Part shown: piece after piece, positions 45,913-56,428 of the stretch
Layout: each line of letters begins with the position of its first letter
Position numbering within the stretch: the first letter of the stretch is position 1
Assembly (NCBI GenBank): GCA_036229005.1
Contig: JAZAMN010000031.1
Location: 160,001 to 224,000 of the forward strand
DNA length: 64,000 bases
Direction: 5' to 3'
Source of the DNA: Myxococcota bacterium
Lineage (GTDB): Bacteria > Myxococcota_A > UBA796 > CAJQPC01
The notes under the pieces: generated by a model
The model's input: only the letters and a program-made list of their open reading frames with translations
What the model was told of the DNA's origin: nothing
Database searches by the model: none
Program-made: the position numbers and the translations under genes

Positions 45913-47579
45913 CGGGTCCAGGCCTCGCGGGGGTCGGCGTCAGCGGAGGGGATGGCATAGACCAGCAGGTGCTCGCCCGCATCCCAGGACTCGTAGGCGG
46001 TCTCACCAAAGGCCCCGGACAAGCTGGCCTCAAGCGCGGCCCGCTCATTGGGCGGGTAGGCGTCCGGTCGCCAGATCACCGCGGCGATCCCCAGCTCCGA
46101 GAGCATCTTCCGGAGCTGCTCCGGGTCCTCCCCCCGCAGGGCGCGGTCGTGGATGCTGGCGCTCAGGCGGGCCCGCGGGTCCACGTCGGGCGTGGTCTCC
46201 AGGCAGAGCGTGGTCAGGGGGCGCCCGTGGTGCCCGGCCCAGGCGCAGGTCAGGTCGACCAGGGTCAGCTCGTAGTCCACCGGGGGCCCCGCGACGGCCG
46301 GGAAGAGGTCCAGCACCGGGCCCGGGGGTGCGTGCTCGTAGGCGCTGGGGGGGCGCGCCGGGACGGGGGCCGTGCGCCAGGCGTTGCCCGTCAGCAGGAT
46401 GGCCTCGCCGAAGGGGGCGATGCACAGAGGCGCGAGCCACCCAGGGTGCACGTGGGTGGACAGCCGCGTGAGGACCAGCGACGCCACCACTCCGATCCCC
46501 ACCGAAGACAGCCAGAGCATCCGCGCCGGGAAGCGGTAGAGCTGCACGACCTCGGTGCGGGCCAGGGGCGCCATCAGCCAGGGCATGCCGGAGTTCAGGC
46601 TGGGGTCCATGCGCAGGGTCGGTCCCAGGGACAGCGCGACGCCCAGCAGGCCCAGAACCGCCCACTGCAGCCAGTCTCCGCGCGGCCTCAACACCAGGGG
46701 AGCCACCGCGAGCAGGGCCAGCAGCACCATGCCCAGGGGGGCGACCACGCCGTGGGGTTGGGCCTCGATCTGGGGGACCCAGCCGGCCAGGGTGGAGAGC
46801 TGCGTCGAGCCCTCCTCCAGCACCCGCGTCGGCGAGATTCCAGCGAAGGGGGAGGCTTGGTTGCGCATCCCACCGTCGTCCCCACCGCCTGAGAAGGCCA
46901 GGATGTACGCCACCCCCAGGGGCAGCGCGACCGCAGCCGAGGACACCTTGGCCCAGACCGGCCCCCGCCGCAGCAGCCCCAGCGCGACCATCAGCGTGGC
47001 GGCGATGCCCACGTAGGCCGTGGTCAGCAGGCACAGGAACCAGAACAGACCGGCCAGCGCGCCCTGCTGCCAGGTGCCCTGGGGCCCCGTGGCCTTCCAG
47101 CCGTAGAGCGCCAGCAGCGGCAGCCAGGGGTTGAGCAGCGCGTAGGTCTGGCCGTCCACGAAGGTCGCGGAGGCGATGCCCAGAAAGCCCATCGACAGGC
47201 CCGCCACCAGCGACCAGGGGAAGCGCGCACCCACCCCCTCGGCGCAGTGCTGACCGGCCAGCGCGGTGATCGGCGGCCCCAGCAGGACCACCGCGGAGAC
47301 GGCCCCCACCGGGTCCGGCTGCCCCGGCCACAGGCGCAGCAGCAGCAGGAACACCATCGAGTCCGCGCGCCCCAGATCCTGCCCCAGCGGCCAGCCCCCG
47401 AGCTCGGTCACCCCACGCAGCGGCAGGGCGTCCGAGATGCCCGCGAGCCAGATGCTGCCCCAGGTGTCGAAGCCGCTGACCACCACACCCGTCGGGTCTT
47501 GCGCCAGCGGCCAGCTCCAGGCCACCGACAGCAGGCTGTAGAGCAGCAGCGAGAGCGCGTAGCGGGCGGGGGCCTTCAC
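45900..47579 (-). CDS. Polytopic membrane protein, GT-C glycosyltransferase-like (YfhO-like)
   Basis: About 11 TMs; 'WSWPL', 'D..GSIW', 'GWPLG', 'LSLGP', 'YRFPAR', 'PVLDL', 'HGRP'. Confidence 0.7.
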   Translation of the reverse strand: MKAPARYALSLLLYSLLSVAWSWPLAQDPTGVVVSGFDTWGSIWLAGISDALPLRGVTELGGWPLGQDLGRADSMVFLLLLRLWPGQPDPVGAVSAVVLLGPPITALAGQHCAEGVGARFPWSLVAGLSMGFLGIASATFVDGQTYALLNPWLPLLALYGWKATGPQGTWQQGALAGLFWFLCLLTTAYVGIAATLMVALGLLRRGPVWAKVSSAAVALPLGVAYILAFSGGGDDGGMRNQASPFAGISPTRVLEEGSTQLSTLAGWVPQIEAQPHGVVAPLGMVLLALLAVAPLVLRPRGDWLQWAVLGLLGVALSLGPTLRMDPSLNSGMPWLMAPLARTEVVQLYRFPARMLWLSSVGIGVVASLVLTRLSTHVHPGWLAPLCIAPFGEAILLTGNAWRTAPVPARPPSAYEHAPPGPVLDLFPAVAGPPVDYELTLVDLTCAWAGHHGRPLTTLCLETTPDVDPRARLSASIHDRALRGEDPEQLRKMLSELGIAAVIWRPDAYPPNERAALEASLSGAFGETAYESWDAGEHLLVYAIPSADADPREAWTRWMP

Positions 47580-48103
47580 GGGCGGGCCTGGGACGCCCGG
47601 CGGCGCGCCACGAGCACCACCCCCAGCACGTAGATCAGCGCCAGCGCGCCCCAGCCGTAGGCCGCGATCAGCGGGCGCCCGGTCTCGGAGGTCGGCAGCG
47701 CCCCCGTCCGCACCGCCGCGCTGCGCCGGAGCACGCCCCTTCCGCTGCCCGAGAGCGTCCAGCCGATGCGCAGGGTGTCGTCGATCTCCGTCTTCTCCAG
47801 GGCGTAGTAGCGCTCCTCGCCCTCCACAAAGAGCCGGATGCCGCGGTGCCGCAGGTAGGGGCCCTCATACCACCCCACCGCGATGCCGTCGCCGGCCACA
47901 TCGCCCTCCTGAGCGCCGTCATCGCGCAGCGGGATGCGCTTGTAGACGTCCCCCTCCTGGACCTGGACTTCGGCCTGCAGGCCGGGCTGATCGCTGGGCA
48001 GGCTGAGCTGGAAGAGCAGCCGCTGTGCGTGGGCCTGGGCGGGCAGCACCGCGCACAGCAGCGCCAGCGCCGCGAGCGTCCAGTGGTAGAGTCTGCGGCC
48101 CAT
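47576..48103 (-). CDS. Exported single-TM protein with choice-of-anchor-X-like DDG..GD.AGDG motif
   Basis: Signal peptide ending AHA-Q; 'LRDDGAQEGDVAGDGI'; C-terminal TM plus basic tail. Alternative start 48112. Confidence 0.7.
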   Translation of the reverse strand: MGRRLYHWTLAALALLCAVLPAQAHAQRLLFQLSLPSDQPGLQAEVQVQEGDVYKRIPLRDDGAQEGDVAGDGIAVGWYEGPYLRHRGIRLFVEGEERYYALEKTEIDDTLRIGWTLSGSGRGVLRRSAAVRTGALPTSETGRPLIAAYGWGALALIYVLGVVLVARRRASQARP

Positions 48104-48716
48104 GGCGCCCATCCATCCTCGCTCCAGCCTCCCGTGGCGGGCCCTGCTGGGGCTGGGGATCATCGGCCCTGCGCTGCTCCTGGGTCAAGGTCGCCCGGCC
48201 GCCGCGCAGGCACCAACCGCCGCCGCGCAGAGGCCCATCGAGGGGTCGCAGGCACAAGACAGCCCAGAGTCCCTGCCGCTCGGCCCAGCCGGCGATGTGC
48301 TGGCGATCGCCATCCTGGCCCCCTCCCCCCCCACCCTGAGCATCGGCGGGCAGCCCGTCCCCCTCGCAGACGACGGACAGGGGGTGGACGCGCAGGCCGG
48401 CGATGGCGTCTACAGCGGCAGCCTGAATCGCTGGCCCAGCAAGAACACCCAGGTGCGCCTGAGCCTGGGCGATCAGCTCGCCTTCCAGGACCAGGTCGCG
48501 TTCGCGCCAGCCAGTCCTCGCCTGCTCGCGATCCTCCGAGAGGGTGAGCCCGCAGCGCTGAGGTTCCTGGGTGAGCTGCCTGACCTCGATGCGGCCCAGC
48601 CCCCACCTCCCTCGGAGCCTCCCCCCTGGCTGTGGATCGGCCTGACGGGCCTGCTCGGGACCGCCGGTGGCCTCTGGCTGGGGCTCTCCCTCAAGGAGTC
48701 CCCGTGGCCGGCCTGA
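48102..48716 (+). CDS. Exported single-TM protein with choice-of-anchor-X-like motif
   Basis: Signal peptide; 'LADDGQGVDAQAGDGVYSG'; Pro linker plus C-terminal TM. Confidence 0.7.
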   Translation: MAPIHPRSSLPWRALLGLGIIGPALLLGQGRPAAAQAPTAAAQRPIEGSQAQDSPESLPLGPAGDVLAIAILAPSPPTLSIGGQPVPLADDGQGVDAQAGDGVYSGSLNRWPSKNTQVRLSLGDQLAFQDQVAFAPASPRLLAILREGEPAALRFLGELPDLDAAQPPPPSEPPPWLWIGLTGLLGTAGGLWLGLSLKESPWPA

Positions 48717-50146
48717 GCGCGCGCCTGCAGGACTACCAGCTCTGGATCCCGGCCGTGGCGATGCCTCTGCTGGTCTCCATCACGCCGCCCTTCTTGTCTC
48801 CGGACGGCGTCGAGGCCGTGAGCGCCGGCGCCTGCGCCCTGTCCCCGGGGATGGACTGCGCCGGCCTGGAGCTGTGGTTCTGGCCCCCCGCGTTCGGTCT
48901 GCTGGGCGGCGTGCTGGTCAACCTGGGTCTGGATCCCGGCGTCGCCGCGACCTGGCTGAGCCTGCTCTGCGGTGCGCTCGCGCTGATCCCGCTCTCCCGC
49001 CTGGCCCAGCGCCTGGGCGGCCCTCTGGCGGCGTGGACCGCGCCTCTGCTGCTGCTCTCCGTCCCCGATCTGCGCCTGCACCTGATGATGGGCGACGCCC
49101 GCCCGATGGCCCTGCTGGGCCTGCTCTGGGCCTGGGAGCTGGCCCTGGCGCGCAAGCTGCCCGTGCTGGTGGGGCTCATGGCGGGACTCAGTGTCCTCGC
49201 GCGCACCGAGATGCTCCTGCCCGTGGCGGCGCTGATGGCCTGGCTGGGGTGGTATGAGCGCCGCACTCTGCTGCGGGTCGCCCCCGCTCTGGCCCTGAGC
49301 CTGCTGCCCTACTGGATCGCCCTGTCCCTGGCCGCCGGACGCCCCACGATCAGCTCCCAGGGCTGGCAATCGCAGGTCTACCCCTGGCTCCAGTCCCTCC
49401 CCATGACCTGGCTGGAGCTCGATCTGGCCGCGGGCGCACGGGGGACCCCCTTCCGGGTGCTGCTCTCGGGCTCCCAAGCCGGTCCGGGGGGCGGGTCGGT
49501 GGGGCTGGATCTGGGCGTCCTGAGCCTCTCGATACAACGCACCACCACCGTGATGGTCCTCGCCCTGGCTGCACTGGGGATCCGCCAGCGAGGTGCGACT
49601 GTGGCCCTGCTGGCTCTGGGTCTCCCGGCCCTCGCGGTGACCGCCCTGCTCCCCCAGGCCCAGGACCTGCTGCTGCCCGCCAAGAACCTGCTGCCCTTTG
49701 GCTGGGTGCTGGCGGCGCTCGCGGCCTCGGGGCTCTCACGGATCGCCCACCTGTCCCGGGAGTGGGTCGCCTTGGCGGCGGCCTCCATCCTGCTGCTGCT
49801 CTCACTCCCCAGGGCCGTGGACGTGGCGGCTCCAGACGACAGCATCTTCTCCGAGGCGGTGCTCGCGGACCTGGAGCCCGGAAGCGCCGGCGTCGCGCTC
49901 TCCACCGCTCCCCTGGTCCTGCGGGCCGGCTGGGAGCGCCACCGGATCCCCAGCCCCTGGGCCGCCCGCGCCTGGCTGGAGGGCCCCGAGCGCGCCGACT
50001 ACCTGGTGCTCAGCACCCTGGACCAGCCCTTCGTCAGCCGCAGCCTGGCCGAGCTCCAGGCCCACGCCACCCTGGAGCCCGTGCTGATCCACCAAGGCGC
50101 GCTGGACACGCTCGTGGTCGTGCGCATCGTTGACGACTCGCGCTGA
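48704..50146 (+). CDS. Polytopic membrane protein, GT-C/PMT-like glycosyltransferase
   Basis: AAGGAG plus GTG; 'SPDG', 'WPPAF..L', 'GL..LARTE', about 11 TMs. Confidence 0.68.
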   Translation: MAGLSARLQDYQLWIPAVAMPLLVSITPPFLSPDGVEAVSAGACALSPGMDCAGLELWFWPPAFGLLGGVLVNLGLDPGVAATWLSLLCGALALIPLSRLAQRLGGPLAAWTAPLLLLSVPDLRLHLMMGDARPMALLGLLWAWELALARKLPVLVGLMAGLSVLARTEMLLPVAALMAWLGWYERRTLLRVAPALALSLLPYWIALSLAAGRPTISSQGWQSQVYPWLQSLPMTWLELDLAAGARGTPFRVLLSGSQAGPGGGSVGLDLGVLSLSIQRTTTVMVLALAALGIRQRGATVALLALGLPALAVTALLPQAQDLLLPAKNLLPFGWVLAALAASGLSRIAHLSREWVALAAASILLLLSLPRAVDVAAPDDSIFSEAVLADLEPGSAGVALSTAPLVLRAGWERHRIPSPWAARAWLEGPERADYLVLSTLDQPFVSRSLAELQAHATLEPVLIHQGALDTLVVVRIVDDSR

Positions 50147-50194
50147 CGCCAGCGCCAGAACGAAATAGGCGGCCCCACAGTTCAGGAGACAGCG

Positions 50195-51604
<1,410 letters not shown>

Positions 51605-51724
51605 GAACAGGGGGCTGAACAAGGGCCTTGGGTTGGGGCTCGCTGTGCCGAGATGTGGGATGGGAGACTCGTGCCAGGGACGCGGGTCGCTCACCCCGCT
51701 ACACTCCCCGCCCAAGGAGCTTGA

Positions 51725-53446
51725 TTGCTGAGCGCAGGCGCAAAGCTGGGCCGCTACAAGGTCATCCGGGCGATAGGCCGGGGGGCCATGGCGACCGTCT
51801 ACGCCGCGCAGCACGTCGAGCTGGGCTCCTTCCACGCCATCAAGGTCATGAACCTGACCTCGCCGCACCTGATCTCGCGGGTGCTGCAGGAAGGCCGCAT
51901 CCAGGCCGGGATGCGTCACCCCAACGTGGTCCCCGTCACCGACGTCCTCCGCATCGGCGGTGTGCCCGCGCTGGTGATGGACCTGGTGGATGGCCCCGGC
52001 CTGGACCTGTGGCTGGAGACCGAGACCCCCACGCTCCTGCAGGTCGACAGCCTGGCCCGGGATCTGCTCAGCGGGGTCGGCGCCGCCCACGGCCAGGACC
52101 GCATCCACCGGGATCTCAAGCCCGGCAACATCCTGCTGGAGGTCCAGGGCGACCGCGTCGTGGCCCGCGTGACGGACTTCGGGCTGGCCAAGGTCCTGGA
52201 CAGTGGCGGCATGGCCCGCTCGCACACGGGCGTGGTGATGGGCACCCCCGCCTTCATGGCCCCCGAGCAGTTCCGGGACTCCAAGGCCGTCGACAAGCGC
52301 GCAGACGTGTTCGCCCTGGGTGCGATGATCTACCAGCTCCTGGCCGGCAAGCCCCCCTTCAAGGCGCCGGACATCATCGCGCAGTTCCGCCGGATCGAAG
52401 AGCAGAATCACCTGCGCCTGGACGCCCTGCTCCCCCACCTCCCCCCGGAGATGACCGAGCCGGTACACGCGGCGCTCAGCTTCGATCCCGCGGACCGTCC
52501 GCCCGACGCGCGCGCCATGCTCGAGGCCTGGTGCGGAGACCGCAGCCTCCCCCCGGCAATCTGGCCCCTGGAGTCCCGACAGCGGGTCTACAAGCTCGCC
52601 GGCCGCAACGGCAACCAGAAGGCCGCCTTCGACCTGGACCCAGAGGCCGGGGTCCCCAACAGCCTCAGCGACCAGAGCGATCTGGTGGCCTTGGCCGAGG
52701 CCTCCCAGTGGCCCGTCGAGATGGGCGGTCCGCGCAGGACCCTCATCGCCCAGGAGGACGACTTCCCCCCCGGCGAGGGCCCAGAGCTGCCCGAGCCCCC
52801 TGCGCACCAGCCCAGCCTGCCCCCGCCCGGAAGCCCCAGCGACCGCAAGTGGGCCGTGGTCGGTGGGGTGCTCGCGATCCTCGCGCTGGGCGGCTTGGGG
52901 TTCTGGTGGATCCGGGACCCAGCCGTGGTCTCCGAGCCCGAGCAGTCTCAGGAGGAGGTGGTCATCGCAGCCTCCGAAACACCCGCCCCCACCTCGCCGG
53001 CACCAGAGAGTCCAGAGATCCTCGAAGACCCTCCCCCCAGTGAGGTGACCCGCAGCGTGACGGACACCCCCGAGCCCGCTCCCTCTGCGCCCTCCAGTGA
53101 ACCCGCTCCCCCGCCCCAGACCCCAAAGACACAGCCCCCAGAGGCCCAGACCCCAAAGGCACAGCCTGTCGTCGTCACCAAGCCCCAGGAGCCCGCCCCC
53201 ACGCCGGAGCCCGCCCCCAAGCCCAAGACCGCCCGGCTCAGCGTGAGCGGCGCACCAGCGGCGTACCTGGTGGGCGCCAATGGCCGCAAGCACGCCGTCC
53301 GGGGAGAGCTGCCTGCCGGCGACTACGCGCTGTTCGCCTACTTTGGGCAGGAGCAGGCGACCCAGGTGCTGGAGCTGAGCTTGAGCCCTGGCCAGGAGGC
53401 CTCGGTGAACTGCAACGCCATGATGCGGGTCTGTAGGGCCCAATAG
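51725..53446 (+). CDS. Membrane Ser/Thr protein kinase (Hanks type)
   Basis: 'IGRGAMATVY', 'AIK', 'HRDLKPGN', 'DFGLAK', 'GTPAFMAPE'; TM; Pro-rich stalk; small C-terminal beta domain. AAGGAG plus TTG start. Confidence 0.95.
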   Translation: MLSAGAKLGRYKVIRAIGRGAMATVYAAQHVELGSFHAIKVMNLTSPHLISRVLQEGRIQAGMRHPNVVPVTDVLRIGGVPALVMDLVDGPGLDLWLETETPTLLQVDSLARDLLSGVGAAHGQDRIHRDLKPGNILLEVQGDRVVARVTDFGLAKVLDSGGMARSHTGVVMGTPAFMAPEQFRDSKAVDKRADVFALGAMIYQLLAGKPPFKAPDIIAQFRRIEEQNHLRLDALLPHLPPEMTEPVHAALSFDPADRPPDARAMLEAWCGDRSLPPAIWPLESRQRVYKLAGRNGNQKAAFDLDPEAGVPNSLSDQSDLVALAEASQWPVEMGGPRRTLIAQEDDFPPGEGPELPEPPAHQPSLPPPGSPSDRKWAVVGGVLAILALGGLGFWWIRDPAVVSEPEQSQEEVVIAASETPAPTSPAPESPEILEDPPPSEVTRSVTDTPEPAPSAPSSEPAPPPQTPKTQPPEAQTPKAQPVVVTKPQEPAPTPEPAPKPKTARLSVSGAPAAYLVGANGRKHAVRGELPAGDYALFAYFGQEQATQVLELSLSPGQEASVNCNAMMRVCRAQ

Positions 53447-53473
53447 GCCCAGTGCCCAGGGGTCCAGCGGCCC

Positions 53474-55507
53474 TCAGCGCAGGGTCTGGCCCTCGATGAT
53501 CGCGACCAGCCCGGCGTCGCTGCGGGCTCCCGGGGCCCCCAGCGCCAGATCGGCCAGGTGCATGGGGTCCAGCGCGTCGTCCCAGCCAAGCTGGCCCTCG
53601 GCGAATGCGCTCCCCGTTGCATCATCGCTGCCCGTGAACTGGAAGGCTGCGTCGCCCTGGTCGTAGCTGCCCGCCGGCAGGCCGCCGTGGAAGAGCAGGA
53701 CCTCGGAGGTATCCGGCGCGCCCAGCATCAGCTCCTCGGCGCCGTCACCGTCGCGGTCCTGGAGGAAGAGCAGGGCCGCACCGGTGCCGGACTTGGCCCG
53801 CCCCGAGATCTGCACCTCCGCGTCGGCGGGGGCCATCACCGTGTCCAGGCGGCTGGTGAACACCAGGACCAGCCCCTTGCTGGCCCCGCCGTCGTCCGGG
53901 ATGCCGACCGCCAGATCCTCCCGCCCGTCGCCGTCCCAGTCCCCGGCCGCGAGCGCCCCGATCTCGCCGTCAAAGCCGGAGATAAGGTACGCGTCCGTGT
54001 CCTGGATGGTCCCGGTCCAGGGGTCCGTGAGCAGCAGCGCGTGGGTGCTGCCGTCGGTCGCGGTCATCGCGAGCTCGTCGACGCCGTCCCCGTCGGAGTC
54101 CACGCCCAGGATTGCGGCGCCGACCTCGTCCGCCCAGCTCCCTGCCGCGATCTCCAGGCTGCCCTTGGCGTCCGCGGCGGTCTTGTCCCCGCCGCTGACC
54201 CCGAACAGGAACACGCTGCCCTCTCCCGCCCCCGCGCTGGTGTCCGAGCCCATCAGCCAGAGCTGGGCCTTGCCGGCGTCGATCCAGGCGGCCGCGCTGC
54301 CAAAGCCGCTGGTCGCCCCGGTGTAGGAGGCCTGGATGCCCCCACCTGCCAGGCTCTGGCCGCCGCCCATCCGGTAGATCGCGCCCTCATCGGGGGCGCA
54401 CACCGCCAGCTCGTGGTCCCCGTCCTGATCCGCATCCGCGGAGACCAGACAGGCGCCAAAGCTGCTCGGGCCCGCGATGCGCGCCTCGCTCAGGCTGCCC
54501 GCGCTGGTGATGGGCGCGGCCACCTCGTAGAGCAGGCCCGCAGCCGGGGCCCCGACGGCGAGCTCCAGGGAGCCGTCCCCATCAAAGTCACCGACCGCGA
54601 GGCTCTGTCCAGCCCCCTGGCTCTCCGCCAGGGGCTTGAAGCTGTACGGCGCGTCGGCGCGGCTGGTGGTGCAGCTGTTGGTCACGCCATCGCAGTTGTC
54701 GTCCCAGGACGTGTCGCAGGCCTCAAGCATGCCCGGGTGCACGTAGACGTCGGTCTCGTCGCAGTCGTACTCGGTGTCCAGGGCGCCCACCGGGGCCTCG
54801 CAGGCCAGGATGGGCTCTCCCCCGGCGTAGCGGTCGCCGTCGCTGTCCAGGTAGAAGTCCACCAGGCTCTCGGCGTCCAGGCTGCCGTCGGCCTCGTCCT
54901 CCAGGCCATCACAGTCCTCGTCCCCGCCCCCGCAGACCTCGACGCCATCGGGGTTGGTCAGAGGGTCGCTGTCGTCGCAGTCCCCGGCGGTGACCACGTA
55001 GCCGTCGGGCACCACACAGCTCCCCTCGACCACCGTCTCGGTGTCCACGCCGAAGCCGTCGCCGTCCATGTCCCGGTAGAAGGTGGTGTCGGTGAACTCG
55101 GGGTCGTCGTCGTCGATGCCGCCGTCGCAGTCGTCGTCGACGCCGTTGCATATCTCCAGGGCACCGGGGTTCACGGCGCCATCGGTGTCATCGCAGTCCC
55201 CGGACTCGCTCACGCGGCCGATGGCCTCCTCCGCGCACATGATCTTGCCGGTCTCCGGGTTGCCGTAGCCGTCGCCGTCGCTGTCCAGGTAGAACGCGGG
55301 GCCCTCAATCAGGTCGTCCTCGCCGCCGCTGCAGTCGTCGTCGATGCCGTTGCAGACCTCGATGGCTCCGGGGTGCACCGCGGCGTCGGAGTCATCACAG
55401 TCCGTCCCCCCCCACTGGACCGACGCGTAGCCGTCCCCGTCCAGGTCCCGCCGCGAGGCAGCGTCACCGGGGGTGATGAACACGCAGGCCAGCAGCAGGA
55501 CTACCAC
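53474..55507 (-). CDS. Surface lipoprotein with MopE-like repeats and FG-GAP propeller
   Basis: MVVLLLAC; four 'DCDD...PGA.E.C...DC' repeats; FG-GAP repeats. Confidence 0.87.
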   Translation of the reverse strand: MVVLLLACVFITPGDAASRRDLDGDGYASVQWGGTDCDDSDAAVHPGAIEVCNGIDDDCSGGEDDLIEGPAFYLDSDGDGYGNPETGKIMCAEEAIGRVSESGDCDDTDGAVNPGALEICNGVDDDCDGGIDDDDPEFTDTTFYRDMDGDGFGVDTETVVEGSCVVPDGYVVTAGDCDDSDPLTNPDGVEVCGGGDEDCDGLEDEADGSLDAESLVDFYLDSDGDRYAGGEPILACEAPVGALDTEYDCDETDVYVHPGMLEACDTSWDDNCDGVTNSCTTSRADAPYSFKPLAESQGAGQSLAVGDFDGDGSLELAVGAPAAGLLYEVAAPITSAGSLSEARIAGPSSFGACLVSADADQDGDHELAVCAPDEGAIYRMGGGQSLAGGGIQASYTGATSGFGSAAAWIDAGKAQLWLMGSDTSAGAGEGSVFLFGVSGGDKTAADAKGSLEIAAGSWADEVGAAILGVDSDGDGVDELAMTATDGSTHALLLTDPWTGTIQDTDAYLISGFDGEIGALAAGDWDGDGREDLAVGIPDDGGASKGLVLVFTSRLDTVMAPADAEVQISGRAKSGTGAALLFLQDRDGDGAEELMLGAPDTSEVLLFHGGLPAGSYDQGDAAFQFTGSDDATGSAFAEGQLGWDDALDPMHLADLALGAPGARSDAGLVAIIEGQTLR

Positions 55508-56334
55508 TCGGCCACCACCAGTGAGGTCCCCACCAGCCCCACCGTCGCCACGCTCAAACCAGCGGCGCCGAAGGCCCAGCGGTTGGTGAGCTGCTCCTGC
55601 GCCCGCAGCTCGCTCTCGCCCCAGGAGGGCTGATCCGCCTCCCAGATCTGGCGGTTCCGGGCGGCGACCGTCCAGCTCACCCCGGCCAGCGCCGCGGTCA
55701 CCCCCGCGCTCCCCAGCCACAGCGCCGGACGGCGGAACACAGGCGAAGGGCTGAGCGCAGGCGGCGGGTTCAAGCCGGTCTCCCCCGTGGCCACCGCGAC
55801 CGGGGCCGGGTAGGCCGGGAGCGCCTGGGAGGGCAGCAGGTAGTCCGTGCGGTAGACCTCGCCAGAAGCGAGCTGGAGCTGCGCGACAGTGGGGCGATCC
55901 AAGGAGCGCTCCCGCTGGATCCGGCCGTCCAGGAGCAGGGTCCCGTCCGCGGGCGGCAGCGGCTCGGAGGCCCCCTGTACGGGCTGTGCCTGATAGAGCT
56001 CGTGGAGATCGTGGCCCGCCGGGACAAGGCCTTGGGGCAGAGTGGGCTGCCCCGCGGATCGGGCCGCCGCGAAGTCCGCCTGGGCCGCAGCCTCATCCCC
56101 CTGGGCGTAGTGGTAGAGCCCCATGATCTGGTGGACCTCGGCCGCCACCCCAGGGGCCAGCGGGGCCCCTATGCAGGGCAGCATCGCCTGAACATCCCGG
56201 ACGCCCGCCTCGAATGCGGCAGAGTCCAGGTCCGAGAAGGCCTGCTGGGCGTCCTCCAGGCGCAGCTCCAGCGCCTCAGGAGTGGTCTCCTGGGGGCAGG
56301 TCGGGGAGGCTGCGATGAGCAGGGACGGGAGCAT
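55501..56334 (-). CDS. Exported TPR-like protein with C-terminal hydrophobic helices
   Basis: Helical N-domain 'AEVHQIMGL...AAAQADFAAAR', 'LLDG' beta part and two Gly/Ala TM-like segments; coupled to the downstream adhesin. Confidence 0.72.
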   Translation of the reverse strand: MLPSLLIAASPTCPQETTPEALELRLEDAQQAFSDLDSAAFEAGVRDVQAMLPCIGAPLAPGVAAEVHQIMGLYHYAQGDEAAAQADFAAARSAGQPTLPQGLVPAGHDLHELYQAQPVQGASEPLPPADGTLLLDGRIQRERSLDRPTVAQLQLASGEVYRTDYLLPSQALPAYPAPVAVATGETGLNPPPALSPSPVFRRPALWLGSAGVTAALAGVSWTVAARNRQIWEADQPSWGESELRAQEQLTNRWAFGAAGLSVATVGLVGTSLVVAEW

Positions 56335-56428
56335 GGACGGAGCGTGTCAGGGTTGGGTCAGCCCCGATCATATCGTCACCCGAGCCGCCACCCCTGAGAG
56401 TGCGAGGGCAGTGACAGCCCGCCAGGAG

